The position numbers and the translations under genes were made by a program. The notes under the pieces were generated by a model. The model was not told the origin of the DNA. It saw only the letters and a program-made list of their open reading frames with translations, and searched no databases. DNA of 64,000 nucleotides, taken from assembly GCA_035638155.1 (NCBI GenBank), contig DASRAP010000433.1, positions 4,569 through 68,568 on the forward strand. Direction: 5' to 3'. Positions 42,700 through 50,591 of the stretch are shown here, in pieces (the stretch's first letter is position 1; every line of letters starts with the position of its first letter). Origin of the DNA: Gemmatimonadaceae bacterium. GTDB taxonomy: Bacteria > Gemmatimonadota > Gemmatimonadetes > Gemmatimonadales > Gemmatimonadaceae.

Positions 42700-42911
42700 G
42701 CGAAACAGAAGAACGCATTTTGGATCTGCTCGATGAAGTGCGCATGGACCTCGGCCGGATTGCAAATCACCTGCCCAATCCGGAGGAGCGGCGGGCGCGG
42801 CTTCGCGCTCAGATTGCTGCGATGCTTTTCACTACCGAGGCATACGACGCTGCCGGTGCAGCGCATGCTGTGAAGGGTGCGGATCTGTTGCTCACGGAGC
42901 TCGGCCTGTGA
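42696..42911 (+). CDS. Hypothetical helical protein (71 aa)
   Basis: GTG in GTGA overlap behind AAGGAGAACCGCG. VSETEERILDLLDEVRMDLG... Confidence 0.55.
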   Translation: MSETEERILDLLDEVRMDLGRIANHLPNPEERRARLRAQIAAMLFTTEAYDAAGAAHAVKGADLLLTELGL

Positions 42912-43219
42912 AAGCCCACCTCGAGCTTCGCCGCAACAAGGACTTTCCCTTCTCGCTCGTGGTTGCGCGAGACCGGGAATCGGTGAGCGCGAAGACCGCG
43001 CGCGTACTCCACGATCGGTGCGCGTTTCGCATCCACGATCAGTGCCTGGACGACCACTGCAAAACCGCTGACGGCGGACCCCTCACCCACGGCGCGATCG
43101 ATGGCAATTGCCTCGCGCTCTTGCTCCAGCACCCGGCCAGGCCGCTCGAGACGAGCAAGAAGGCGAATCGGATGCTCTCGATGTTTGTAGAGAGCTGGTT
43201 TCGGGAGCAACGGACGTGA
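42908..43219 (+). CDS. Hypothetical protein (103 aa)
   Basis: GTGA overlap. (M)KAHLELRRNKDFPFSLVVARD... Confidence 0.55.
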   Translation: MKAHLELRRNKDFPFSLVVARDRESVSAKTARVLHDRCAFRIHDQCLDDHCKTADGGPLTHGAIDGNCLALLLQHPARPLETSKKANRMLSMFVESWFREQRT

Positions 43220-43680
43220 AAGCGCTATCGCTCACGCGACCCTGGGGCTGGATCATCCTAAACCTCGGGAAGCGCATCGAGAATCGCACCTGGGAGACCG
43301 AATATCGGGGACCGGTGCTCCTTCACTCGTCGAAAACGATGACGCGCAATGATTGGTACAGCGCCCACGATTTCGTCGAGACGTTCGATCCGGAAGGTGC
43401 GTCCCGGATCCCCCAGCCGAAAGATCCGCGGCTCGTCGCGAGCGCGATCGTCGGGTACGCGGAAATCATCGGCGTCATCCAACCCGGCTGGCGCTTGCGG
43501 CGGAAGGTTTCGGAGCGGCAGCGCGCCGAGCTCGAGGCGCAGAAGCATTGGTACATGGGGAGCTACGGCTTCGTGCTCCGGAACGTCCGGGCCACGCCAA
43601 TCGTACCGTGCAGCGGGCTTCTCGGGCTCTGGACGCCGGCGCCCGCCGTGGTAGCAGCCGCGCTCGGAGTTCCGGCGTGA
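43216..43680 (+). CDS. ASCH domain protein
   Basis: GTG 43216. VKALSLTRPWGWIILNLGKRIENRTWETEYRGPVLLHSS matches the ASCH N-terminal pattern. Confidence 0.65.
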   Translation: MKALSLTRPWGWIILNLGKRIENRTWETEYRGPVLLHSSKTMTRNDWYSAHDFVETFDPEGASRIPQPKDPRLVASAIVGYAEIIGVIQPGWRLRRKVSERQRAELEAQKHWYMGSYGFVLRNVRATPIVPCSGLLGLWTPAPAVVAAALGVPA

Positions 43681-43862
43681 GCTTCGAGGATACGCCCGCC
43701 GGCTACGCCGTCTGCCAGGCGTGCGACGCGCCCGCGACGCATACGGTCAAGTACGAAGGGAAAGAGACGGTGCTTTGCAAGTACCACCGCGAGCTCTTGG
43801 GAAAACACGCGAGCTTCGCGGAAGCGCTCCAGGAACGGGCGAGGAAGGAAAAGAAGCGATGA
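43677..43862 (+). CDS. Small protein (61 aa)
   Basis: GTGA overlap. VSFEDTPAGYAVCQACDAPATHTV..LCKYH. Confidence 0.5.
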   Translation: MSFEDTPAGYAVCQACDAPATHTVKYEGKETVLCKYHRELLGKHASFAEALQERARKEKKR

Positions 43863-44317
43863 GCTCACGACTCAAGAAACTCTGGAAGGACGACGACATG
43901 CCTCGAGCTCTGCTCGAGGCGTGGGCGCAACACGAAGCTTTCCGCCGGCTCGGATTTTCGCCGGACGACATTTTCTTCGGCGCCAACCAGCCGGAGCAAA
44001 TGGGCCTCACTCCGATCCTGAAGCACCAGCCGGATCTCCGCATTTGCGTCACCGAAGAGCAGTACTGGCAAATCGTTTGCGTGCTGAAGACGCAGGAGAA
44101 GCAATTCGTGGTGACGTGCGGGTGGTGCCCGAAGCGGATGAGCCACGAGCAGATCCTCGCGCGTTGGGAAAGCTTCGTGGAGCGGTTCAATGCGGGGAAG
44201 ATCGAAGACTCGTACCTTCAGCGCGTTTGGGAGCGCTCGCAGGTGCGGCGCGATGCGGTCCATCTGATTGAAGCGCTCGGGCGCGCAGAGATCCGGATAC
44301 CGGGGGACCTCTCATGA
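43859..44317 (+). CDS. Hypothetical protein (152 aa)
   Basis: ATGA overlap. MSSRLKKLWKDDDMPRALLEAW... Confidence 0.6.
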   Translation: MSSRLKKLWKDDDMPRALLEAWAQHEAFRRLGFSPDDIFFGANQPEQMGLTPILKHQPDLRICVTEEQYWQIVCVLKTQEKQFVVTCGWCPKRMSHEQILARWESFVERFNAGKIEDSYLQRVWERSQVRRDAVHLIEALGRAEIRIPGDLS

Positions 44318-44640
44318 TGCACACGTGCCACGCGGTCGACTGCAAGGAGCACGTTCCGCCGCGGCTTCTCATGTGCCGTCGGCACTGGTTTATGGTGCCG
44401 GAGGAGCTCCGTGGAAATGTCGAAAAGACGTTCGTGTCGGGGCAGGAGCGCAGCAAGAAGCCGACTTTTCTCTACCTCCTGAACGCTTCGCTCGCGATCG
44501 CGGAGGTTGCCGAGAAGGAGGGCAAGACCCAATACGCTCAAGTCCACCGCGAGGCGGCGGCGCGTTGGGCGGCGCGACTCATCGCGCTCAAACCCGAGGG
44601 TCGAGAGCTTCTCCGCCGCTACGCGGCATCGCGGCGCTGA
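44314..44640 (+). CDS. Hypothetical protein (108 aa)
   Basis: ATGA overlap. MMHTCHAVDCKEHVPPRLLMCRRHWFMVP looks like a zinc-binding N-terminus. Confidence 0.6.
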   Translation: MMHTCHAVDCKEHVPPRLLMCRRHWFMVPEELRGNVEKTFVSGQERSKKPTFLYLLNASLAIAEVAEKEGKTQYAQVHREAAARWAARLIALKPEGRELLRRYAASRR

Positions 44641-44642
44641 AC

Positions 44643-44894
44643 ATGAAGCCGCTCACCACGCCGCAATATCGCGAGCTCGTCGAGCTTTCTCGTCCCGGCT
44701 ATCCGGACATGGATCCGAGTTCCGAGCCTGTTTGCCAAGAGCTTCGGCGTGAAGGTTTTGCTGTCATCACGCGCACCGAGGAAGACGGGGACGACGAGAT
44801 CGAGTTTTGGGACATCACCGAACGCGGTCGCTTGGCGCTTCGCATCCATCTGCTGTTTTTGGCCTCAGTGGCGGTGTCGCATGTACGACTCTGA
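44643..44894 (+). CDS. Hypothetical protein (83 aa)
   Basis: Internal ATG 44643 (MKPLTTPQYRELVELSRPGYP..). Confidence 0.55.
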   Translation: MKPLTTPQYRELVELSRPGYPDMDPSSEPVCQELRREGFAVITRTEEDGDDEIEFWDITERGRLALRIHLLFLASVAVSHVRL

Positions 44895-45126
44895 CAACAA
44901 TTACGACCGCTGCGATGCCGAGATCGGCGAATTCCAGTGCTTCCGCAAAGACGGGCACTACGGGCGCCACTCGGCGCGTCACTACAAACGAAACACGTTC
45001 ATCTATTGGATCATCGAGACACGTCGCGAAGGGCCGGAGCCGTGCACGTGTAACGCTGGTCCGCAGCACAAGCCGGATTGTCCGGCCTATTCGGAAATCC
45101 GGCGACGAAAACGAGGTACGCGGTGA
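44881..45126 (+). CDS. Hypothetical protein (81 aa)
   Basis: Internal ATG 44881 (MYDSDNNYDRCDAEIGEFQCF..). Confidence 0.55.
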   Translation: MYDSDNNYDRCDAEIGEFQCFRKDGHYGRHSARHYKRNTFIYWIIETRREGPEPCTCNAGPQHKPDCPAYSEIRRRKRGTR

Positions 45127-46172
45127 GAAAGAAGATTGTCCCGATTCGAGGCACCAAGAAACGGAAGTTCCGGCCGATCCCCAAGCACCTGCCACCGGTA
45201 AAGACGCTCGGCGCGCCGCGGCCACTGGTAGGCGGGGGGGTCGGGGAGCTCGTTCGGCATTTCTTGTCGAACCGCGCGGCGACCACGCTGAAAGCCTACC
45301 GAGCTGACCTGGATTCGTTCGCGGGGTTTTTGGAGAAGCACTCGAGCGAGGAGGCGATCGCGGAGCTGCTCGAGGGCGGCTCGGGCAATGCGAACCTGAT
45401 TGCGCTTCGCTGGCTCGGTCAGATGCGCGACGACGAGCTCGCGAGCTCGACGCGGGCGAGACGCATTTCGACGCTGCGCTCGGTGGTTGTCTTGGCGCGC
45501 ATGCTTGGGATGGTGACCTGGGAGATTGAGATCAAGCCGCCCAAGTTTCAACGCACCTCCCACACCGTTCCAGAGGTTTCCGATCTGCAATGCTTATTGC
45601 GGGCGTGCGGAGATGGCTTGTTGGGCACGCGCGACAAGGCTCTTTTGCTCATCGCTCTGACAATGGGATTGCATCGGTCGGAATTGGCGACACTGACGCT
45701 CGGCGACTACGATCACGCTCAATCGCGGCTCTTGATCCACGGGAAAGGCGGTCGCAAGTCTTGGATGAAGGTGCCACCGCGGACGGCGGAAGCCCTGAAC
45801 GCCTGGATCTGTCTATCCCGCGGCGAATTCTGCTCGACTACCTCGCCGCCTTTGCGCGCTGACCCCAAGAGCCCCATTTTCTTCCGCTTGGACCGAACGC
45901 TCAGCGAGGAGTGTGCCTCGATGACCCCCGACGGGATCTACATCGTCATCCGCCGCTTGGGAAAACGGGCCGGCATCCGCGTTTCTCCGCACGACTTGCG
46001 TAACGCGTCGTTGGCGGCGGCTCTGAAAGCGACCAATGGCAATATTCGCGCGGTCCAAAGATTTGGCCGGTTCAGCGACCCCAACTCCGTTTTGCCGCAC
46101 GACGAGCGGCGCATCGATGCGGCAGGCACGATTTCCGAGTCGGTGGCAGCTTTGACGGATGGTCGCAAATGA
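45123..46172 (+). CDS. Tyrosine-recombinase-like protein lacking an obvious catalytic Tyr
   Basis: GTG 45123. GLHRSELATL (Arg I), HGKGGRKSW (Lys) and SPHDLRN (HxxR) are present. Where LGH..T..Y is expected the sequence reads FGRFSDPNSVLPHDE, and no Tyr follows up to the stop. Confidence 0.6.
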   Translation: MRKKIVPIRGTKKRKFRPIPKHLPPVKTLGAPRPLVGGGVGELVRHFLSNRAATTLKAYRADLDSFAGFLEKHSSEEAIAELLEGGSGNANLIALRWLGQMRDDELASSTRARRISTLRSVVVLARMLGMVTWEIEIKPPKFQRTSHTVPEVSDLQCLLRACGDGLLGTRDKALLLIALTMGLHRSELATLTLGDYDHAQSRLLIHGKGGRKSWMKVPPRTAEALNAWICLSRGEFCSTTSPPLRADPKSPIFFRLDRTLSEECASMTPDGIYIVIRRLGKRAGIRVSPHDLRNASLAAALKATNGNIRAVQRFGRFSDPNSVLPHDERRIDAAGTISESVAALTDGRK

Positions 46173-46354
46173 CCCGCCGCGCGATCCGCTGCGAACACGG
46201 CTTCCTCGAGAAGCTCTGCGCCAAGCCCGGTTGCAAACACTGGGATGGACTCCGCACCGCGCGCGAGAAAGCGTCGCTGACTCCGCGCCAGCGCTCGTGC
46301 CACGCTCGGCGCAGCAAAAAGTACCTCCCCAACTTCCGCACCGATCCGAGGTGA
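46169..46354 (+). CDS. Small CxHGFL-motif protein (61 aa), paralogue of 34034..34216
   Basis: ATGA overlap with the integrase-like gene. IRCEHGFLEKLCAKPGCKHWDG. Confidence 0.55.
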   Translation: MTRRAIRCEHGFLEKLCAKPGCKHWDGLRTAREKASLTPRQRSCHARRSKKYLPNFRTDPR

Positions 46355-46359
46355 CGCCC

Positions 46360-46623
46360 ATGATGCAGCTCATCGTCCGCACGTACGAATACCAAGGCCA
46401 GAAGCTCGCGCTCGTTCTCGAGCACACGTTCATTGGCAAGACCCGCGCCGAGGCGCTTCACTATTCCAAGTCGCACGAGGCAACCGATTCGTTCTATCGG
46501 AAGACGGGCGGCCATCTCGTTGCCAGGAACGCGTTCAGCGGGGTCGGACCAACGATCGCGCATGCCAAGTACAAAGGGATTCAGACCGTGACCGATGCCC
46601 AATTCCGGAGGCGCGAGCGATGA
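46360..46623 (+). CDS. Hypothetical protein (87 aa)
   Basis: Internal ATG 46360 (MMQLIVRTYEYQGQKLALVLEH..). Confidence 0.55.
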   Translation: MMQLIVRTYEYQGQKLALVLEHTFIGKTRAEALHYSKSHEATDSFYRKTGGHLVARNAFSGVGPTIAHAKYKGIQTVTDAQFRRRER

Positions 46624-46868
46624 GAGAAATCCGACAATGGATGAAAAAGACCAAAGGGACGGTCACGTTTCAGCCGGGGCCGTTCGGAGGGGTGATCGTG
46701 CTTCTCTCGACGCCGCGCTCGGCCTCGGTGCGCCGCGAGGTGCTCACCACCACGAGCCCCGAAATGGACAACATCAGCGAGGCGTTTCGGCTGGCTCGGA
46801 CCCGGCACACGATCAAATTGGCGGCTACCACTTGCGTCAGCCGCGAAGTCGACGGAAAGCATTCCTAA
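46620..46868 (+). CDS. Hypothetical protein (82 aa)
   Basis: ATGA overlap. MREIRQWMKKTKGTVTFQPGPFGG... Confidence 0.55.
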   Translation: MREIRQWMKKTKGTVTFQPGPFGGVIVLLSTPRSASVRREVLTTTSPEMDNISEAFRLARTRHTIKLAATTCVSREVDGKHS

Positions 46869-47077
46869 TGAGCGACCACGAAGTCATCCTGGCGGACGCT
46901 TTCAAGGTGAGGACCACCCGGCCCGCGCGGCACGTGGTCGTCCCGCACATTCACACCAATGCCGTGGTGAGCGACTTTCTGGCGCCGCTCGTAAAGTACG
47001 CCGAGACGGCCGACGGCTGCGTCGCCTACCTCTCGGTCCGCGGAAAGACGCTCAGAATCACGCTCGAGCGGCTGTGA
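46868..47077 (+). CDS. Hypothetical protein (69 aa)
   Basis: TAATG overlap. MSDHEVILADAFKVRTTRPARHV... Confidence 0.55.
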   Translation: MSDHEVILADAFKVRTTRPARHVVVPHIHTNAVVSDFLAPLVKYAETADGCVAYLSVRGKTLRITLERL

Positions 47078-47090
47078 TAAACTTTTTTCC

Positions 47091-47540
47091 GTGGCTCACC
47101 GACTGACGTTCGAGGGGTGTTTCGACAAGCGGAAGCTGCGCGCGCTGATCGTGACGCTGCCGCTCACCTACGCCGTGCTCAATTCGATGGTGAGCAAACC
47201 CGTCAAGTGGCCGAGCCAAGTGCGCTGCATGACCGACTCGAAGATCCGCGCCGGCAGGAAACGCGGCGCCGGCCACGGGTACACGTACACGAGCGGCCCG
47301 CGGCGCAATACGATTTGGCTCAATCACTACATGACCGAAGCCGGTTACTGGCTGGTCTTCACGCACGAGAATCTCCACCACGCCTTCCCCGATGCGAGCG
47401 AAGACGAGATCAACTGCTCGCAATTGCCTTACGTTTTCGAGGAAGTGTTCGGGCGCAAATGGCCGGGGCACGAGTGGGCGCGGAGCCAAGGCGTCGGCTC
47501 GCCGCAACCTGGCACCGGAGACCGAAGCTATTGTCGGTGA
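47091..47540 (+). CDS. HExxH zinc-metallopeptidase-like protein (149 aa)
   Basis: WLVFTHENLHHAFPD contains HENLH. GTG start. Confidence 0.5.
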   Translation: MAHRLTFEGCFDKRKLRALIVTLPLTYAVLNSMVSKPVKWPSQVRCMTDSKIRAGRKRGAGHGYTYTSGPRRNTIWLNHYMTEAGYWLVFTHENLHHAFPDASEDEINCSQLPYVFEEVFGRKWPGHEWARSQGVGSPQPGTGDRSYCR

Positions 47541-47896
47541 AAGCCGCTGGCCTCTTCGTCGCCGCTCGCTCGACGCGCGCGCACCTCTTCGTGCAAAACA
47601 GCACGACCGGCTGGTGGGAATCGACGGGCGGCCATATCGAGCGCGGCGAAACGGCCATGATGGCCGCGATTCGCGAATTCTGGGAAGAGACCGGCTACCG
47701 GGGCTCGCTCACGATCGAAGACCACAACTATCAAGTCGGAGAGTTTCTGCTGTTCGATGGCTGGATCCCGGTCGAGTTTTCGCCGGTGCTCAGCGTCGAG
47801 CATCGCGCGTATGCTTGGCGCCACCTCGACCACCCGCCTCGCCCGCTCCATCCGGGGCTCGAGGCCGTCATCCGGGAGAAGGGCTATGCTGTTTGA
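47537..47896 (+). CDS. NUDIX hydrolase (119 aa)
   Basis: GTGA overlap. GHIERGETAMMAAIREFWEETGY is an exact Nudix box. Confidence 0.7.
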   Translation: MKAAGLFVAARSTRAHLFVQNSTTGWWESTGGHIERGETAMMAAIREFWEETGYRGSLTIEDHNYQVGEFLLFDGWIPVEFSPVLSVEHRAYAWRHLDHPPRPLHPGLEAVIREKGYAV

Positions 47897-48146
47897 TGTC
47901 CACGTCGATCTGATCAAGAAAATGGCGCGCGACGTCGGCATCGGAAAGCGCGACGCCGAAATCAAAGCCGTGAAGCTCGGCCCGAACGAAGTCACTTACG
48001 TCGGAGCCAAGAGCGAAGATGGGTTACAGTTCGTGAAGGATTTGCGGGACGGGTACAAGCTGCCGCTCATCGAGTACTCGCCCGATGACGACGACGAAGA
48101 TTTCGACGGGGACGACGATGACGACGGAGACGACGACTCGGAGTAG
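47886..48146 (+). CDS. Protein with poly-acidic tail (86 aa)
   Basis: ATG 47886 (MLFDVHVDLIKKMARDVG..). C-terminal SPDDDDEDFDGDDDDDGDDDSE. Confidence 0.6.
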   Translation: MLFDVHVDLIKKMARDVGIGKRDAEIKAVKLGPNEVTYVGAKSEDGLQFVKDLRDGYKLPLIEYSPDDDDEDFDGDDDDDGDDDSE

Positions 48147-48297
48147 CTACGCGAACCGGATCGTCTTTCTGGCGATCGGATGCGGCTACGTCTGGGATGG
48201 CGTCGTCTGTAAGAGCGTCGGACAAGCCGTAGTCGACTGGTGCTTTTCGACCGTGCTCTTGTCGTTTCTGATCCTGGACGTGTTTCTCGGCGAGTAG
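48118..48297 (+). CDS. Possible small hydrophobic protein (59 aa)
   Basis: ATG inside the acidic tail of the previous gene, in another frame. ..RIVFLAIGCGYVWDGVVC..WCFSTVLLSFLILDVFLGE. Weak support. Confidence 0.3.
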   Translation: MTTETTTRSSYANRIVFLAIGCGYVWDGVVCKSVGQAVVDWCFSTVLLSFLILDVFLGE

Positions 48298-48303
48298 CTA
48301 CTC

Positions 48304-48322
48304 GAAGCCGCGACGCGGCTTC
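48304..48322. terminator. Palindromic GC hairpin at the convergence of plus and minus blocks
   Basis: GAAGCCGCG-A-CGCGGCTTC lies between the stops at 48297 (+) and 48333 (-). A second short palindrome AGGCG-T-CGCCT follows. No U-tract. Confidence 0.35.
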
Positions 48323-48332
48323 AGGCGTCGCC

Positions 48333-48938
48333 TCACGTGCTGCCGCGCACGGGCAAGAGCGCGCGGATCGGGTGCTGGGTCAAAACCGGCTGGGCGCGGC
48401 CCACGGTCGCAGGCAGCGGGCCGCGGAAGGCCGCGAGCTCGGCGTTGGTCGCCGCGTCGGGTGTCCACGCTCCGTTTGAATAGCGGTAGAAGCCGCAATC
48501 CATTTTCGAAAACGCGCGCGCGCTCGGGTCGGAGGTGAATTCCGATTTCGCGGCCGTCCAGGTCGAGACGGCTTGGTTTTCCACGTACCAGAGGTGATAT
48601 CCCTTCGCTTGCTCGAAGGCGGTGAGCTCCTCGAAGGAAGCGCAAGCGGCCGCGGCAGGGGCGCTCTCTTTCTTCAACGCCCAGGCGACGCCGAAGACCA
48701 CCACCGCGCCGATCGCGATCGCGAGGAGCGTGCCAGCCGGATCGGCATTCTCCAACATGGCTTCGTCGTCCTTGCCTTCGCGGCGCAGGGCCGCGCGGCG
48801 CTCGGCGGCGCTCATCTTGTGGTACCAGAGCGCGCCGCACACCGCGCCCGGGTTTCGCGCAGAGCGTGAAGCGCCGCGCACGCAATCGCGCATCCACTTC
48901 TTGGGCGGACGCCGCGGGTTTTCCTGTGCCGCAGTCAT
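48333..48938 (-). CDS. Single-pass membrane protein (201 aa)
   Basis: Start moved to ATG 48938 (MTAAQENPRRPPKKWMRDC..), in TGATG overlap with the upstream stop. TM TLLAIAIGAVVVFGVAWAL. Confidence 0.6.
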   Translation of the reverse strand: MTAAQENPRRPPKKWMRDCVRGASRSARNPGAVCGALWYHKMSAAERRAALRREGKDDEAMLENADPAGTLLAIAIGAVVVFGVAWALKKESAPAAAACASFEELTAFEQAKGYHLWYVENQAVSTWTAAKSEFTSDPSARAFSKMDCGFYRYSNGAWTPDAATNAELAAFRGPLPATVGRAQPVLTQHPIRALLPVRGST

Positions 48939-49516
48939 CACAGAATCTTTTCGACCAGCGCGTAAGACAATCCGCCGAGCGCCGTCGCTGTGCCGGTCGC
49001 GCCGGTCACGCGAAGCTTGACGGTTTGGCCCGCGCTTCCCGTCGTCACGAAGGTCTCCGCCGTCGGTTGCGGCTGCACGCTGTTGGTGTTCGTGACCGGA
49101 GTCAGATACGCGCCGTGGCCCGCATGGATCGGCAGGTTGGTGATCGCGTCGACCCACTCGATGCCGAAATTGACGGTTTCTCCGCTGAAGGTCGAAAGCG
49201 CGAAGTGCGCGCTCAGTCGAAAGGTGCCGCTCGGGCCGAGGGTGAAGATCCCCGTCGCGGGGTTGTACGCTATGTCGCCGAAGCCGGCGTCGTCGAAGCG
49301 AATGTCGGTGTTGTTCGCGAGGAGCTGTCCCGGGCCGAGCGCGTTGTACTCGGTTTGCACGAAGTTGCCGCTCTGCGACGGATGCGACGACTGACCGGAC
49401 GATCCACCTTGCAGCGATTCGACCGCGTCGCTGATTTTCTGCGCCCAGTTTCCGGCCGGCGAGGAAAGCTGAAGTTGTCCGCCGACGGCTTTCAACGCGT
49501 CTCTGATCAGGCCCAT
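48938..49516 (-). CDS. Spike/fibre protein 1: shared N-terminal adaptor + beta-sandwich-like head (192 aa)
   Basis: MGLIRDALKAVGGQLQLSSPAGNWAQKI adaptor motif. The C-terminus is Thr/Gly/Val-rich and ends in GGLSYALVEKIL. Confidence 0.6.
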   Translation of the reverse strand: MGLIRDALKAVGGQLQLSSPAGNWAQKISDAVESLQGGSSGQSSHPSQSGNFVQTEYNALGPGQLLANNTDIRFDDAGFGDIAYNPATGIFTLGPSGTFRLSAHFALSTFSGETVNFGIEWVDAITNLPIHAGHGAYLTPVTNTNSVQPQPTAETFVTTGSAGQTVKLRVTGATGTATALGGLSYALVEKIL

Positions 49517-49520
49517 GTGC

Positions 49521-49805
49521 TCAACTCCCTTTCCAAAACCAGTACGCCAATCCTACCAGCACCGCGACCACTCCGATCGCCGCGGGCGATAGGCCCGCGC
49601 CCGAAGTCTTCGGGGAGGCCGAAGGGTTGGGCGATGGAGAAAGACCAGAGGCAGGGAGGGGGGAAGAGCCGGTCGTGCCCATGAAGTCGGGCGGAAGAAT
49701 CACGCTCTTCGCACATTGTCCTACCGCAGCGAGATTGCCGGAGCTCGAGAGTACTCGCCGCCCCTGCCGCGGAACGATCGCTTGGATTGGGTGAAAACCC
49801 AACAT
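49521..49805 (-). CDS. C-terminally TM-anchored small protein (94 aa)
   Basis: Ser/Pro-rich linker, then AAIGVVAVLVGLAYWFW. Confidence 0.5.
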   Translation of the reverse strand: MLGFHPIQAIVPRQGRRVLSSSGNLAAVGQCAKSVILPPDFMGTTGSSPLPASGLSPSPNPSASPKTSGAGLSPAAIGVVAVLVGLAYWFWKGS

Positions 49806-49806
49806 T

Positions 49807-50580
49807 TCAGCCTACGTAGCACGCCGAGTCGGGTGCTTTGGGGTCGATCGCGTTCCAGCGGGCGGCGAGCGTCGCGATGAGAGCTGCAGGCATGACTGCC
49901 TTGGCCTGGTAGATGTGATCGGCCGTGCCCATCGGTATGTCCCTGTTTTCAAAGCCGTAAATGATGAGACCGCCGCGGCGGCGCGGAGGCTTTGAGGGTG
50001 GGATTGGGTAGGCGACGGTGCGATCCGGCCCGGTCACCGGTCCGCCTTGCACGTGGACGCTGGTCGGGAGGATCGGCAAGACCGGCGCTTTGGGGTCTTC
50101 CGAGGGCGCCAGGCCGCCGCTCAGCGTTTTCCAGAGCCAATCCGCGGTTTCGGTCGTGCTCGCGTAAGTGGGTTTTACGGCCGAATGGGTGATGGTGAAG
50201 AGGCGCTCGTTGAGAAACGCGAGCTTGGCGAAGTTCAGCCAATTGGTCATCGCGGCGGGGGTGATGGGTTTTCCCGTGTGGATTCCATCGATTGCCACCG
50301 CCGCGTCCAAATGGCCGCCATCGCTCGAGGCCAAGAGCGAATGCACGCCTTGACACGAGGCAGAAAACCCCAGCGTCGCAATCCGCAGCGGCGTCACCCC
50401 GGGCGCGAATTTCGCGACGATCGCTCGTACCGGGGATGGCGAGGAATAGCTTGCGAGCGGTTGCCCCCAGCTCGCCGGATTCGGCAGCACCAGAAAACGC
50501 GTCGGCCGCTGAAACGCGGCCTTGGCCGCCTCGGGAAATCCAGAGTGCGCCCAGGCAATCACGATGTCCGCGTCGGCCAT
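49807..50580 (-). CDS. Hypothetical protein (257 aa), possible alpha/beta-hydrolase-like
   Basis: Start moved to ATG 50580 (MADADIVIAWAHSGF..). LGFSASCQG is nucleophile-elbow-like, and AIDGIH / TADHIY are possible Asp/His residues. The upstream 190 aa of the track ORF are Arg-rich. Confidence 0.5.
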   Translation of the reverse strand: MADADIVIAWAHSGFPEAAKAAFQRPTRFLVLPNPASWGQPLASYSSPSPVRAIVAKFAPGVTPLRIATLGFSASCQGVHSLLASSDGGHLDAAVAIDGIHTGKPITPAAMTNWLNFAKLAFLNERLFTITHSAVKPTYASTTETADWLWKTLSGGLAPSEDPKAPVLPILPTSVHVQGGPVTGPDRTVAYPIPPSKPPRRRGGLIIYGFENRDIPMGTADHIYQAKAVMPAALIATLAARWNAIDPKAPDSACYVG

Positions 50581-50591
50581 CGAAGAGAAGG

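Noticed and set aside
48141-48306. GAGTAGCTAC repeated at about 48141 and about 48291, the latter within the palindrome CGAGTAGCTACTCG, as a possible terminator or recombination site
   Set aside because: The palindrome has no loop and simply provides TAG stops on both strands. The nearby GC hairpin at 48304-48322 is a better, though still weak, terminator candidate.
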